Shown piece after piece: positions 19,436 to 28,722 of a stretch of DNA of 64,000 bases; position 1 is the first letter of the stretch; the number at the start of each line of letters is the position of its first letter. The notes under the pieces were generated by a model, which searched no databases, was not told where the DNA came from, and saw nothing but the letters and a program-made list of their open reading frames with translations. The stretch spans positions 32,001 through 96,000 of the IMG/VR virus record IMGVR_UViG_3300030107_002709. One strand, 5' to 3'. The DNA comes from a virus. A program made the translations under genes and the position numbers.

Positions 19436-19704
19436 AAAATACGTGGTGGAATAATCAAATCATCTTTGGAGTAGACAACGTAATTTGTTTCTTGATGGTC
19501 ACAAGCTTTCATTATAGCATCTCCGTCAACTTCCTCAACATCAAGTTCAGGAGTTGCTGGATCATTTATCTCATCAACAAGAAAAACATATCTCTCAGCA
19601 TCTTCCTCTGCCTCAAACATAGGCACAATCTGTTCCATGTCATCTCCAGTTACAGAGAAGACTTGTTGTGGTTGACCAGCTAGAGTGAGGATAAACATGT
19701 TCAT
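19432..19704 (-). CDS. conserved hypothetical protein between g47 and g46
   Basis: FE-EEDAERY and D-IIPP pattern; ATGA overlaps at both ends. Confidence 0.75.
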   Translation of the reverse strand: MNMFILTLAGQPQQVFSVTGDDMEQIVPMFEAEEDAERYVFLVDEINDPATPELDVEEVDGDAIMKACDHQETNYVVYSKDDLIIPPRIL

Positions 19705-20741
19705 ACGACCTCGCATGACTCTATGTATAGAGATTGCATCAGTTTCTTTAGATCGGTTTTGTCTACTGCTATCTCTGCTTCATCAATATATTCATTGAGA
19801 AGAGTTAGAGTATCCTTAACATTAATCTCAACATCTTCATCTAAGTCAGTGTCTACAAGGGTTTCTACGATCTTAACGTCATGAACTCCCGACTGGTATA
19901 GTCTATCTAAAATAGAATCAAACTGTGAGTAATTAGTCTTCTCTTCTACGATCAATTTTATAAACTGATCAGCATACCTTTCAGTATCAAACTCACTATA
20001 ATCATGCTCGACATCATTATAGTATATCTTACTAAAGATTTCATATGGGTTCTTAATGAACCTCAACCTATCAGTCTCTGTATCATAGATATGAAATCCT
20101 CTCTGATCCTTGTAATCATTCCAGAACATCTGATATGGATTACCTAAGTACTGGACATTATTCCTCTTAGATCTATGATGGAAGTGACCTGACCATACAC
20201 GATCAAATCTATTAAACTCTTTTATAGTACGTCCACCATCAAAATGCATACCAGGTGTAACCTCAAACCCATCTATCTCTAGATGTCCAGCACATATATC
20301 AGCATTACTATTGTTTATAAACCATTCAGATCTATCTACATTAGCAGTATTAATCCAAGGTAACAATAGAAAGTTCTTACTATCAAAGTGGATCTCATGT
20401 GGTTCACTGTAGATCTTAATATTCTCGTACTGTTCCAACAACAACTCAGGGGAATTGATATGACTACTGTTCTTATAGTATGTCGTATGATTCCCTAGAA
20501 TCATGTGTACATCATATGCTCTAAGTCTGTCGAAATAGTTAGTCTTAATCCTTGCAAAAGTATTAAAATCCAAAGACTTTCTGTTATCAAATGTATCACC
20601 CAGATCAAGGACTGTAGTGATGCCCTCTCGTTCAAGAGTAGGGAAAAATATCTCATCATAAAATCGTTGGAAAAAATTCCAGAATGGTAATGAACCCTTG
20701 CGACCATCTAGGTGCTGGTCTGTGATGATAGCAAGCTTCAT
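19701..20741 (-). CDS. g47: recombination nuclease subunit gp47 (Mre11/SbcD-like)
   Basis: TDQH, LGDTFD, GNH, GHLE, SGHFH phosphoesterase motifs. Confidence 0.96.
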   Translation of the reverse strand: MKLAIITDQHLDGRKGSLPFWNFFQRFYDEIFFPTLEREGITTVLDLGDTFDNRKSLDFNTFARIKTNYFDRLRAYDVHMILGNHTTYYKNSSHINSPELLLEQYENIKIYSEPHEIHFDSKNFLLLPWINTANVDRSEWFINNSNADICAGHLEIDGFEVTPGMHFDGGRTIKEFNRFDRVWSGHFHHRSKRNNVQYLGNPYQMFWNDYKDQRGFHIYDTETDRLRFIKNPYEIFSKIYYNDVEHDYSEFDTERYADQFIKLIVEEKTNYSQFDSILDRLYQSGVHDVKIVETLVDTDLDEDVEINVKDTLTLLNEYIDEAEIAVDKTDLKKLMQSLYIESCEVV

Positions 20742-20917
20742 TTTTTAGTAGTATTGCTACGTGTTCTGTTTATAATTGAAATAAATTTATCACCAGCAAA
20801 TGCTCCAGCAAGACACACATCAATCTCATCACCATCTACCCAGTTCATATCACCATTCATTTTGGTATGAAGCATGGCTTCTTGGATCTTGTCTATAACT
20901 TCTTGTGTTAATTTCAT
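20738..20917 (-). CDS. small hypothetical protein (59 aa, MKLTQEVIDKIQEAM...)
   Basis: Hand translation; stop overlaps the g47 start (ATGA). Confidence 0.72.
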   Translation of the reverse strand: MKLTQEVIDKIQEAMLHTKMNGDMNWVDGDEIDVCLAGAFAGDKFISIINRTRSNTTKK

Positions 20918-20986
20918 ATGAAGCTCGTGTTGCTGGATATTGTTGTCTTAGTTTTTGTACTACTGCTAGTTGTACTTCTAGTAAAT

Positions 20987-21163
20987 TCATCTGCCCTCTC
21001 TTGATCTATTTCTAATAGTGATATGATTACCTTCAATAGCAAACTCTAAGTAATCTGTATGATCCCATTCAAGTTCTTCATATAGATGATTGAGTTTATC
21101 CATATCATCCCACAAGTCGGTAGGAGTAGGCTCCCCCCAAAAAGGATTATCGTCAGGATTCAT
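20987..21163 (-). CDS. small hypothetical protein (58 aa, MNPDDNPFWGEP...)
   Basis: Hand translation; ATGA overlap with the g55 stop. Confidence 0.7.
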   Translation of the reverse strand: MNPDDNPFWGEPTPTDLWDDMDKLNHLYEELEWDHTDYLEFAIEGNHITIRNRSREGR

Positions 21164-21648
21164 CTGTTCATTTTGATTTCGATGTTTTCTTTAATACTGT
21201 TCATATCAGACTTAGAAGCATTTAGACCTACAACACCAGTATCATCAACATGCATTACTGTAGCAGAGTCAGAATGATCTAGGATCTTTTGTTTGATCTC
21301 TAGTTGCTTCTTCTCTTTTTGGATACGTCTCAAGAAAGCATAGTATATGATCTGAGTGAAGTAAGCAAAAGGATTAGAAGATTTCTCAGGATCAAAGTTA
21401 TCGATATACTGTAAGCAATTCTCAATACCATCACATATCATGTCTTCCCTAAAAGGGTAGTTCACAAAGTTTGGTTTGTAGGATAGGTGTGTAGCAATCT
21501 TAAGGAAGCACTCACCTATGTAATTAGGTACTCGTGGTTTGTCCTTCTCGTGCTCACGTGAATAAATGACTCTCTCACGATAGATAGTCATTGCTTCTAG
21601 GAGTTCTTTGTTATTTACATAGTACTCAGTTTTTGCTCTCTTGGCCAT
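21160..21648 (-). CDS. g55: late-transcription sigma factor gp55
   Basis: YVNNKE, DMICDGIENC, NPFAYFTQI-YYAFLRRI. Confidence 0.96.
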   Translation of the reverse strand: MAKRAKTEYYVNNKELLEAMTIYRERVIYSREHEKDKPRVPNYIGECFLKIATHLSYKPNFVNYPFREDMICDGIENCLQYIDNFDPEKSSNPFAYFTQIIYYAFLRRIQKEKKQLEIKQKILDHSDSATVMHVDDTGVVGLNASKSDMNSIKENIEIKMNR

Positions 21649-21669
21649 ATCGTTCTAAATCCTGTAAGA

Positions 21670-21698
21670 AGTATAGCATACTCTGTTGCATTACGCAA
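21670..21698 (-). promoter_or_regulatory. sigma70-type promoter of g55
   Basis: TTGCGT-17 bp-TATACT with TG extension. Confidence 0.7.
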
Positions 21699-21720
21699 TG
21701 TTTAAGATTCGTAACAATGC

Positions 21721-21749
21721 TTGACGGCGATCCATAAACCCAGTACAAT
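21721..21749 (+). promoter_or_regulatory. orphan sigma70-type promoter pointing antisense into the uvsW operon
   Basis: TTGACG-17 bp-TACAAT; no plus-strand gene follows. Confidence 0.6.
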
Positions 21750-21775
21750 TCACCTTGTGGTGGTTCAAAGGAATG

Positions 21776-22195
21776 CTAGCTAGTTTTAAAGATCTTCTCT
21801 AGTAACTTTCTAGCTTCGGGAACGGATCCTACATATCCAGGAATTATTTTATTTGGATCACCTATAGCTTTGCCTTCACTAATATGTTTATTGAGTTGTT
21901 TTGCTTTCTTATCTTCAGAAATACATTTCAAATAGAAAGCTTTAATCTTTGGATCACACTCAGTCATAGTTAGTATATGTTTTTTGGGAATAAAAAACGA
22001 GTCATCAAAAGTTGAGTGCATCCATTCAGTAAGACCAAAACCTTGAACCTGAAGCTTCTTATGTTTATGTCTTACCATCTCTACTTTCATAGGTTCAAAA
22101 ATTAGGACGACCTCATCTTCAGGACAATTAGATATCCTACAGATGATCTCTTCCCCAGAGACAAACTTAATAGTAGCAAAGAATTCGTCTTCCAT
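21776..22195 (-). CDS. conserved hypothetical protein downstream of uvsW, Sm-like
   Basis: ATIKFVSGEEII...P...WM...F-I....I..M.E...Y pattern. Confidence 0.78.
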   Translation of the reverse strand: MEDEFFATIKFVSGEEIICRISNCPEDEVVLIFEPMKVEMVRHKHKKLQVQGFGLTEWMHSTFDDSFFIPKKHILTMTECDPKIKAFYLKCISEDKKAKQLNKHISEGKAIGDPNKIIPGYVGSVPEARKLLEKIFKTS

Positions 22196-23652
22196 TATTG
22201 TAGATTTATTCTGATGACTTCATATTTAAAGTTCTCCCCTTTATAGATGTTAACTCTTTCGTCTAGATGTTTAAGTGTGTAGTTCCTACCACCTATATCA
22301 TCTGCAATATCATATAAGGTTGCTAGTTCTTTACCTTCCCCCTTCCTAAGTACTCTACCAATGGATTGTAAATTTCTAATACGTGATTTACTGGGAGATG
22401 CGAAGATGATATTATGAAGCCGCTTAATATTAATCCCAGTACTAAAAGTGCCGTATGACGCAATGATAACCGCATTGTCTTCAAGCTCCGTAATCTGTCT
22501 AACCTCCTCACGATCCTGAACATCAGTACCGCCGTGAACAAAAAATAGTTTCCGATCAGAATCTATAGAATTATTTATCAATTCGTGCAACGGTTCACCA
22601 TGCTTTTCGATATAATTAAACAAGACAAGCGTGTTACCATCTAAGTCTCTTACCAAATTCTTGATGAGGTTATTACGACCTTTGTGACTGACCAAGTAAT
22701 CAATCTCATCTTGGTATGTCTCGAAACCCTGAGCTGGGTGTTTACAAAACAGGATTTTGATCCTAAACTTAGAAAGGTATCCAGACTTGATTAGATCATC
22801 TGTCTTGGTTACTTGCTCACATGAACCAAAGAGTCCTTCCAGTACCCACTTGTGGGTCTGAGTACCATCCAAGGTTCCAGTGAAACCAAACCTATACTTG
22901 GCGTTATGGAGTTTGGTCATTATACTTGTTAATGACTTGGCTTTAAATAGATGAGCCTCATCTCCAATAACACAGTCTATATCATCAAAGTACCTCTTAG
23001 GAAACTTATGAATCGATTGCCAAGTTGATATAATAACATCTTTATTCGTATTCTTATCCTTACCACTGTAAATCTTATGAACATGAGACTCAGCATCCCA
23101 ACCATATTCAATAAAGTCGTTGACCATCTGCTCAACCAGACTAGTAGTGGGAACGATGATCAGCGTTTTCTTGCTGGAAGCGGTGTAGTATCTGACGAGG
23201 GAGTAGATCATAAGAGATTTACCCGAACCAGTAGGAGATAAGAAAAGCTTTCTATTATGTTTAAGAGCCTCGTACACTGCCTTGTATTGGTAGGGACGGG
23301 GTTTTATTTTGGATATTTTATCCATGAATGTCTTAACACCACGAGGTGAAACAAAATCATTTACCTCTCTAACCTTACCGTATGTCTCGTTACCTAGGTG
23401 TTGAATATTATACTGATGCTCTCCAGCCCACTCTTCTAACTGATCTAGTAGACCATGATATAGTTCTCCTGTAGCAGGTGAATACAAATGGATCATACCA
23501 TCCCAGTACTTATATCTGGGATTTCTTTTTAGGAACTTTGCTTCAGGTACTTCAAATGAAAAGTAATCTGCAAGCTCATGGTGGACATGCTGATCCCCAT
23601 GAACCTTTATGAATACCTCATTCTTTTTTTGTACCAAAATACTAGTCATCAA
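22195..23652 (-). CDS. uvsW: SF2 RNA-DNA/DNA helicase UvsW
   Basis: PTGSGKS, DEAH, TGT, QSIGRVLR. Confidence 0.96.
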   Translation of the reverse strand: MMTSILVQKKNEVFIKVHGDQHVHHELADYFSFEVPEAKFLKRNPRYKYWDGMIHLYSPATGELYHGLLDQLEEWAGEHQYNIQHLGNETYGKVREVNDFVSPRGVKTFMDKISKIKPRPYQYKAVYEALKHNRKLFLSPTGSGKSLMIYSLVRYYTASSKKTLIIVPTTSLVEQMVNDFIEYGWDAESHVHKIYSGKDKNTNKDVIISTWQSIHKFPKRYFDDIDCVIGDEAHLFKAKSLTSIMTKLHNAKYRFGFTGTLDGTQTHKWVLEGLFGSCEQVTKTDDLIKSGYLSKFRIKILFCKHPAQGFETYQDEIDYLVSHKGRNNLIKNLVRDLDGNTLVLFNYIEKHGEPLHELINNSIDSDRKLFFVHGGTDVQDREEVRQITELEDNAVIIASYGTFSTGINIKRLHNIIFASPSKSRIRNLQSIGRVLRKGEGKELATLYDIADDIGGRNYTLKHLDERVNIYKGENFKYEVIRINLQ

Positions 23653-24125
23653 TCAGTACCGTTAATGAACTTTTCCCATTCGATTGCTGACTTGATCTGG
23701 AAACCTCTATTAGATACTTGCTTCATTACACAGTCAAGAAAATAAAGCATCTGCTCAATATACTTTACCTTAGCCTCGACATTGATAACATCACTGTCTG
23801 CCTCGATATAAGTTTTCATTTTATCTTGAGTAGATATCCTACCACCAAAAGGTTTCTCAGCATATACTTTAGCATCTGCCTCGCCACCGTAATATTCTTT
23901 TTTCTCCTTGACTATCCTACGAACCTCAAACTCTAAAGACGTTTTGATCTGTTGTAAGTCAATGTAATGGTTTAAATATTTATTGTGCTGAAAAGGGATC
24001 TCTAATGCTAACTTCCCTAAGTCAGTACTGTAAGCTTTATCTTTAAATTGGAAGTCTACTTCACTATCGACTTCCCATTCAGATCTAATTGTATCAAAGC
24101 GATTACGAAGAGTTTCAAAGTTCAT
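23649..24125 (-). CDS. uvsY: recombination mediator UvsY
   Basis: H-KYL, EYY-G, NRGFQIKSAIEW-KF; between g3 and uvsW. Confidence 0.9.
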   Translation of the reverse strand: MNFETLRNRFDTIRSEWEVDSEVDFQFKDKAYSTDLGKLALEIPFQHNKYLNHYIDLQQIKTSLEFEVRRIVKEKKEYYGGEADAKVYAEKPFGGRISTQDKMKTYIEADSDVINVEAKVKYIEQMLYFLDCVMKQVSNRGFQIKSAIEWEKFINGTD

Positions 24126-24633
24126 TTAATGATGGGTCTGTTATAGTATAGAAATGATACTTAAAAGTAACATCTGCAGTCAAATATTCCTGTTGGTCTA
24201 ATGATGCATCAAAGTCCACTCCTGTAAGAGCGACTGGAAATAGTCCTGTAAAATTAACAATAAAGTTTGTGTTGAAATTTGAAGTGGTAACTAACAACTG
24301 ACCTCTACTGTACTCTGGATTATCTGGAACTGCTTCACTAGAACCAGCATTACCATTACCACGAATCCATTTATGGATTGAGTTGTAGTTAACTAGAGAC
24401 TCATCTATGATGAACCTCACCTGAAAATCTCCAAAGCTAACTCCACCACCAGGTATGATAGGTAGATCACGGAACCTTGAAGGTACTTCTGTAACAGGCA
24501 TTTGAATGTCTGGTATATTCGCTGCCTGACAAAAGAAATCCACCCCTTTAAAAAGTTCCAATTCTAATTGGAAACCAAGAGGTGAAAGATAGTTTCTGTT
24601 TGTTAGTTGCTCTTTATACCAATCAGAGGCCAC
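24115..24633 (-). CDS. g3: tail tube terminator gp3
   Basis: NYLSPLGF, FFCQAANIP, FIIDE...NY-IH-W, LFPV-L; GTG start assumed; CTAAATA at 24657-24663. Confidence 0.88.
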   Translation of the reverse strand: MASDWYKEQLTNRNYLSPLGFQLELELFKGVDFFCQAANIPDIQMPVTEVPSRFRDLPIIPGGGVSFGDFQVRFIIDESLVNYNSIHKWIRGNGNAGSSEAVPDNPEYSRGQLLVTTSNFNTNFIVNFTGLFPVALTGVDFDASLDQQEYLTADVTFKYHFYTITDPSLNEL

Positions 24634-24655
24634 GGTCAACTTCCCAAGCTATACT

Positions 24656-24841
24656 TTATTTAGTATACCACCAATACGGACCTTCTCCAGGTCCACCAGT
24701 GTAGTCATCATCATCATCGTCATCCCATGTGATGTTTATATTGGGTGGTTTTTTCTTCTTCCAACTATTAACTGCAATAACTGAAGCAATGGTAGCAGCA
24801 GATACTATAGGTGAAGCGAAGAGTAGTATCTTCTGTAACAT
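24656..24841 (-). CDS. small membrane-anchored hypothetical protein
   Basis: Hydrophobic N-terminus, KKKK, D7 run, Gly/Trp tail. Confidence 0.65.
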   Translation of the reverse strand: MLQKILLFASPIVSAATIASVIAVNSWKKKKPPNINITWDDDDDDDYTGGPGEGPYWWYTK

Positions 24842-25005
24842 TAGTAATGATATTCGTCTAGTATGTCCAATGCACTATTTAGAGCTTGCTGTGCTGACCA
24901 CCTTTCTTTGGGTGTCCAGTTTGGCCAAGCCATTTTATTATCTATATCTCTTTTAAGTTTCAACAACCTAGCCGTCATATCAACTTTGGATAGTCTTCCA
25001 TTCAT
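24841..25005 (-). CDS. small hypothetical protein (54 aa, MNGRLSKVDM...)
   Basis: Hand translation; TAATG coupling at both ends. Confidence 0.7.
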   Translation of the reverse strand: MNGRLSKVDMTARLLKLKRDIDNKMAWPNWTPKERWSAQQALNSALDILDEYHY

Positions 25006-25142
25006 TATGTAGAAGGCAAGGGTTCGTGTGCTTTCATAGTTGCATATGCATTGTTGTAATATGGTGTATGTGTATCACCAGCTTTTTCAAGTTGGTATAC
25101 TATAGAAGACCAAATAAGGTACTGCATGTAACTCTTTTGCAT
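25005..25142 (-). CDS. small hypothetical protein (45 aa, MQKSYMQYLIW...)
   Basis: Hand translation; TAATG coupling to the next ORF; promoter directly upstream. Confidence 0.55.
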   Translation of the reverse strand: MQKSYMQYLIWSSIVYQLEKAGDTHTPYYNNAYATMKAHEPLPST

Positions 25143-25147
25143 AATAT

Positions 25148-25177
25148 ATTATAACATGTATTCAAGTATATAGGCAA
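25148..25177 (-). promoter_or_regulatory. sigma70-type promoter directly after the g23 terminator
   Basis: TTGCCT-18 bp-TATAAT with TG extension. Confidence 0.55.
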
Positions 25178-25178
25178 T

Positions 25179-25203
25179 AAAAAAGCACCCTTTCGGGTGC
25201 TTT
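25179..25203 (-). terminator. intrinsic terminator of g23
   Basis: GCACCC-GAAA-GGGTGC followed by TTTTTT. Confidence 0.88.
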
Positions 25204-25225
25204 GTATGAGTATCGTAACCTCGAT

Positions 25226-26632
25226 TTACATGAGGTTAGTAACTTGTACACGTCTGTAGTACATGTTAGCATTAGCGGTAAGTGTCTCACCATCAGGTGT
25301 TCCACTGTATAAACCGTTAGTTGTAACGAATGGGTTTGAAACCATACCATAACGTGTCTTGAATCCAATTTTTGGTTGGAAGTTGTTAGGATCAATACTG
25401 CGAACCATTTGTAGAGGTACATATGGGCAATAGAATAATCCAGCGTCATAAGGAGAAGTTCCCTTATAACCAACAACATAGTAGTGCTTATCAGATAGAT
25501 TAGCAGCATAAGGGTCAACGTAGACCTTAATGCGTCCGTTGATTGTACCAACTAGAAGATTTCCAGTATCATCAACTTCACCAATGGAAGGACCACCAGC
25601 ACCAGTTAAACCAGAACTATAGTCAAGTACACCAGCCATTGCTAGAGCACTAGCAACGTCAGCAGAACACATCAAGAAGTTACCCTTTCCTCTACGAGTC
25701 TCTTGTGCGATTGCGTTACAATCTCTCTCGATTTGGAATAGGAGTCCCTTGAATTTCTCAACTGACCATCTACCGTTTGAATCAACGTCTAGATCGAATA
25801 TACCAGCAGTTGCTACGTTATTAGCAGCACCTTTCTTAGCAACGCTATAGACTCTACGAACAACCTCACGGTTGATTTCAGCAAGCACTTCAGAAGATAG
25901 GATGTTAGCAAGTTCTTGCTCGGCATCTAATCCATGAATAGCTTTCAAGTCTTGAGCTAGTTCTAAGGTATACTCTGCCTTGAGGGCTCTGGACTTAGCA
26001 GTCACAGAAGTCTTCTCAATGCTGAATGACATCTCACGGAATAGGTTTCCTGTGTCACCCATTGTTTCTAGGTCTTCCCTAGACATTCCGTCTTGAACCT
26101 CATAGGTTCCAGGTGATGCATCATTCAACAGTGCAGGGTTGTTACCCTCAGAGTCTCCACCAACACCAGCACCTGTTCTAGGTGTGTATGCTCCTTTGGT
26201 AGCCTCTCCAGCAGCAGAGAATCCTGTGTCTGGTTCGTTGAATAGTGCCTCTTCGCCTCCTTGGTTCTCGTAGCGAGATCTCATTGCAAAGATCAATCCA
26301 GTAGGTCCAGACATAGGCTGAACACCACAGATATCATATGCAACTAGGTTAGGCATTGAACGGCGAATCAAGCTGATGAGAACTGGGTCGAAACCAGCTA
26401 GTCCAGCTGTATTGCTGTTACCGAGTGCTGATCCAGCAGGGGATACAGTACTTGCACCGAGAGCGTTCACGGCGACTTCGTTTAACATTCCCTTCTCTTC
26501 ACGAAGGAATCTTTCTTGGTTTTCTAACAGAACTGCGGTAACCGCTTTCTTATAATTGTCTTTGATGGTAGAACTACCTTCGTGACTAAGAACAGGATCC
26601 CACTTCTCTGTTAGGGCTTTTGCATTAAACAT
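25226..26632 (-). CDS. g23: major capsid protein gp23
   Basis: GVQPMSGPTGLIFAMR, AKSRALKAEYT-ELAQDLKAIHG, FQPKIGFKTRYG. Confidence 0.99.
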   Translation of the reverse strand: MFNAKALTEKWDPVLSHEGSSTIKDNYKKAVTAVLLENQERFLREEKGMLNEVAVNALGASTVSPAGSALGNSNTAGLAGFDPVLISLIRRSMPNLVAYDICGVQPMSGPTGLIFAMRSRYENQGGEEALFNEPDTGFSAAGEATKGAYTPRTGAGVGGDSEGNNPALLNDASPGTYEVQDGMSREDLETMGDTGNLFREMSFSIEKTSVTAKSRALKAEYTLELAQDLKAIHGLDAEQELANILSSEVLAEINREVVRRVYSVAKKGAANNVATAGIFDLDVDSNGRWSVEKFKGLLFQIERDCNAIAQETRRGKGNFLMCSADVASALAMAGVLDYSSGLTGAGGPSIGEVDDTGNLLVGTINGRIKVYVDPYAANLSDKHYYVVGYKGTSPYDAGLFYCPYVPLQMVRSIDPNNFQPKIGFKTRYGMVSNPFVTTNGLYSGTPDGETLTANANMYYRRVQVTNLM

Positions 26633-26671
26633 GCGATTATACCTCTATGAGAATATCGTTAATTGTTGTGT

Positions 26672-27832
26672 TTATTCCCAACGACTAAGAGCATCCACAT
26701 AAGCGTTCATAGCTGGTGTGTTTGCAACTTCCTCGACAGGAGTTTCATCTGCTGCAGATGCTACTTTAGGAGCATCTCCTTTGAAGTAGCTTTCCTTGAG
26801 AGTATTGATCTTCTTGGAATATTCTTCCTCTGAAGTAAATTCAATTCCTTCTGCAAGTGCAGCTAGTTTGTCTTTCTGAGTATCCACCAATCCTTCTGAC
26901 ACAGTGTTCAGAATAACTTTCTTTGTGTTCTCATCCAGACGGGTTTGAAGTTTCACATTAGACTTGACCTGTTCGTCAAGGCGTTCTTCCATTTTACGAA
27001 TTTGTTCAGCCATACCTTCTACCACATCGACTTTCTCATCGGGGATAGAAATGTAGTGCTCTTCAAAGAGATTCTTCAGACCTGCAATGAAGTCTTCTGT
27101 AATCTCATTCTTTATACCACGGTCTAGGGCGATTTGGTTCTCTTCAACCCATCTACCGATGGCGTAGTTAACTGTGCCATTAACTTCCTCTGCAAGTTCT
27201 GCCTTAGCAGACTCAACTTTCTCAGCAGATTCTTTAGCAAAGTGTTCTACAAGCTTTGTATGCTCTTCTGCAAGTTTTGACTTGATAGCAGCCTCGAAGA
27301 TTGTCTTGGCTTTCTCAGCAAACTCTTCAGAGAGTTCTGTACCTTCAAGGAGAGCTTTAACATCGTCAGCTACGTCAACTTCCTCGAATGAAGGCTTAAT
27401 TGGGTATTGTACGTCAGGTCCAGAAGTAGTACCATAAGCAGCAGCAGTACCTACAGAAGGTGTTGCTCCTTGATCACCAGCATCATTTATATTTGCGGTT
27501 TGTGCTGTACCATCTGATTGTGCTCCTTTGGCTCCAACGGGGGCAGCAGCCTTAGCACCTGGATTATCTTCACCTGCATCATTTCCATCAGGTCTTGGTC
27601 CACCATTGTCGGTTATTGACTGACCTGCAGTAGCAGCATCTGTCCCAACACTAGGTTGTGGATCTTTGTGGGAATCCCTCTTGGGTTCACCTGTTACCGC
27701 ACCAGGTGCTGGTGGGTTTGATGGAAGAACAGCCGCAGAAACACTAGGCATTGGATCTTGTCCAGCCTCAGAAAGAACTTTTTCATTCTCACTAACGAAT
27801 TCCGCAAACTTTTCGTTTAACATATCTGACAT
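26672..27832 (-). CDS. g22: prohead core scaffold gp22
   Basis: LSEEF-EKAKTIFEAA, LKNLFEEHYI, LKESYF; start at MSDMLNEK after the late promoter. Confidence 0.93.
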   Translation of the reverse strand: MSDMLNEKFAEFVSENEKVLSEAGQDPMPSVSAAVLPSNPPAPGAVTGEPKRDSHKDPQPSVGTDAATAGQSITDNGGPRPDGNDAGEDNPGAKAAAPVGAKGAQSDGTAQTANINDAGDQGATPSVGTAAAYGTTSGPDVQYPIKPSFEEVDVADDVKALLEGTELSEEFAEKAKTIFEAAIKSKLAEEHTKLVEHFAKESAEKVESAKAELAEEVNGTVNYAIGRWVEENQIALDRGIKNEITEDFIAGLKNLFEEHYISIPDEKVDVVEGMAEQIRKMEERLDEQVKSNVKLQTRLDENTKKVILNTVSEGLVDTQKDKLAALAEGIEFTSEEEYSKKINTLKESYFKGDAPKVASAADETPVEEVANTPAMNAYVDALSRWE

Positions 27833-27870
27833 TTGAGTTTCCCCTAAGATTCGTACAATAAGTCTAAGTT

Positions 27871-27878
27871 TATTTATA
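27871..27878 (-). promoter_or_regulatory. T4 late promoter of g22-g23
   Basis: Exact intergenic TATAAATA. Confidence 0.85.
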
Positions 27879-27881
27879 GAT

Positions 27882-28526
27882 TTATAATCCTGAAAGGAAA
27901 TGTTCAAACACTTTAAGTGTCCTTTCCTCAAGATTTTTGTGAGTAGACTTGCTCACATAACTCTGGTATTTAGCAACTTCGGTCTCCTTAAGAATACCGT
28001 TGTTCCAAACCCACTCTTTACCTTCCATGATACCATTAACAAATGCATCAGGTGCGGAAGGATCAGCAACTATATCTGCTGCTGTTGCTAACATGAAGTC
28101 ATCCATTACATAATTAGCATCTTCTTGTTTGTTGATGCTACCCATTCCTCTAGATGATACACCCAATTGAACACCCTCTCCTAAAAGAGACTTAGCGATC
28201 TTACCCATTGGTGTGTCTAAGATCTGGGCTTTTCCGATGAAGTTAGAACCTTCAGCAGTAAGCGATGTGATTCTGTGGGAAACACGGTCAAGGTTAACAG
28301 TAGGACCATCAGGATGACCCAACTCACCAAGAGCACGTTTTGTTTTAACGTATTCTTCATTATATCTACCTACTTCAGTTTCAAGAACTTTGAAAGGGTA
28401 TATTCTACCATTTCTATTCTTAAGTTCTGCTTGTAGGAAAACACCTTCGATGTATAATTTTTTATCATCGCCTTTACCTTCAGTGATGACTTTTACATCT
28501 TCAATCTGTTCCGTTATCAGTTTCAT
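27882..28526 (-). CDS. g21: prohead protease gp21
   Basis: NRNGRIYP, GELGHP, GVSSRG-GS, DIVADPSAP. Confidence 0.97.
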   Translation of the reverse strand: MKLITEQIEDVKVITEGKGDDKKLYIEGVFLQAELKNRNGRIYPFKVLETEVGRYNEEYVKTKRALGELGHPDGPTVNLDRVSHRITSLTAEGSNFIGKAQILDTPMGKIAKSLLGEGVQLGVSSRGMGSINKQEDANYVMDDFMLATAADIVADPSAPDAFVNGIMEGKEWVWNNGILKETEVAKYQSYVSKSTHKNLEERTLKVFEHFLSGL

Positions 28527-28713
28527 TGGATGGCTCCTCTACCTGTGGTTCATCAAAAAAAGTCTTGGCCACGACTTGCTTGTAGCTTTTAATTGCATCA
28601 GCAGCACGTGAGAATAATATATCATTAACAGCATCCAATGCATCAGCTCTTTTGCCGTCTTTGATTGTATCAACTACTGAAAGAACTTCAGCGTTGGGAT
28701 TCGATTGTTCCAT
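28501..28713 (-). CDS. small prohead core protein (gp67-like by position)
   Basis: 70 aa helical ORF between g20 and g21; CTAAATA at 28724-28730. Confidence 0.7.
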   Translation of the reverse strand: MEQSNPNAEVLSVVDTIKDGKRADALDAVNDILFSRAADAIKSYKQVVAKTFFDEPQVEEPSNETDNGTD

Positions 28714-28722
28714 GACTATCTT

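Noticed and set aside
20850-20990. 46-aa ORF MNLLEVQLAVV... coupled to 20987-21163
   Set aside because: Overlaps the next small gene by 68 nt; too weak to call, though not excluded
25162-25551. Alternative-frame ORF over the g23 3' end, as a possible frameshifted capsid extension
   Set aside because: No slippery site seen, it crosses the terminator, and its composition is shadow-like
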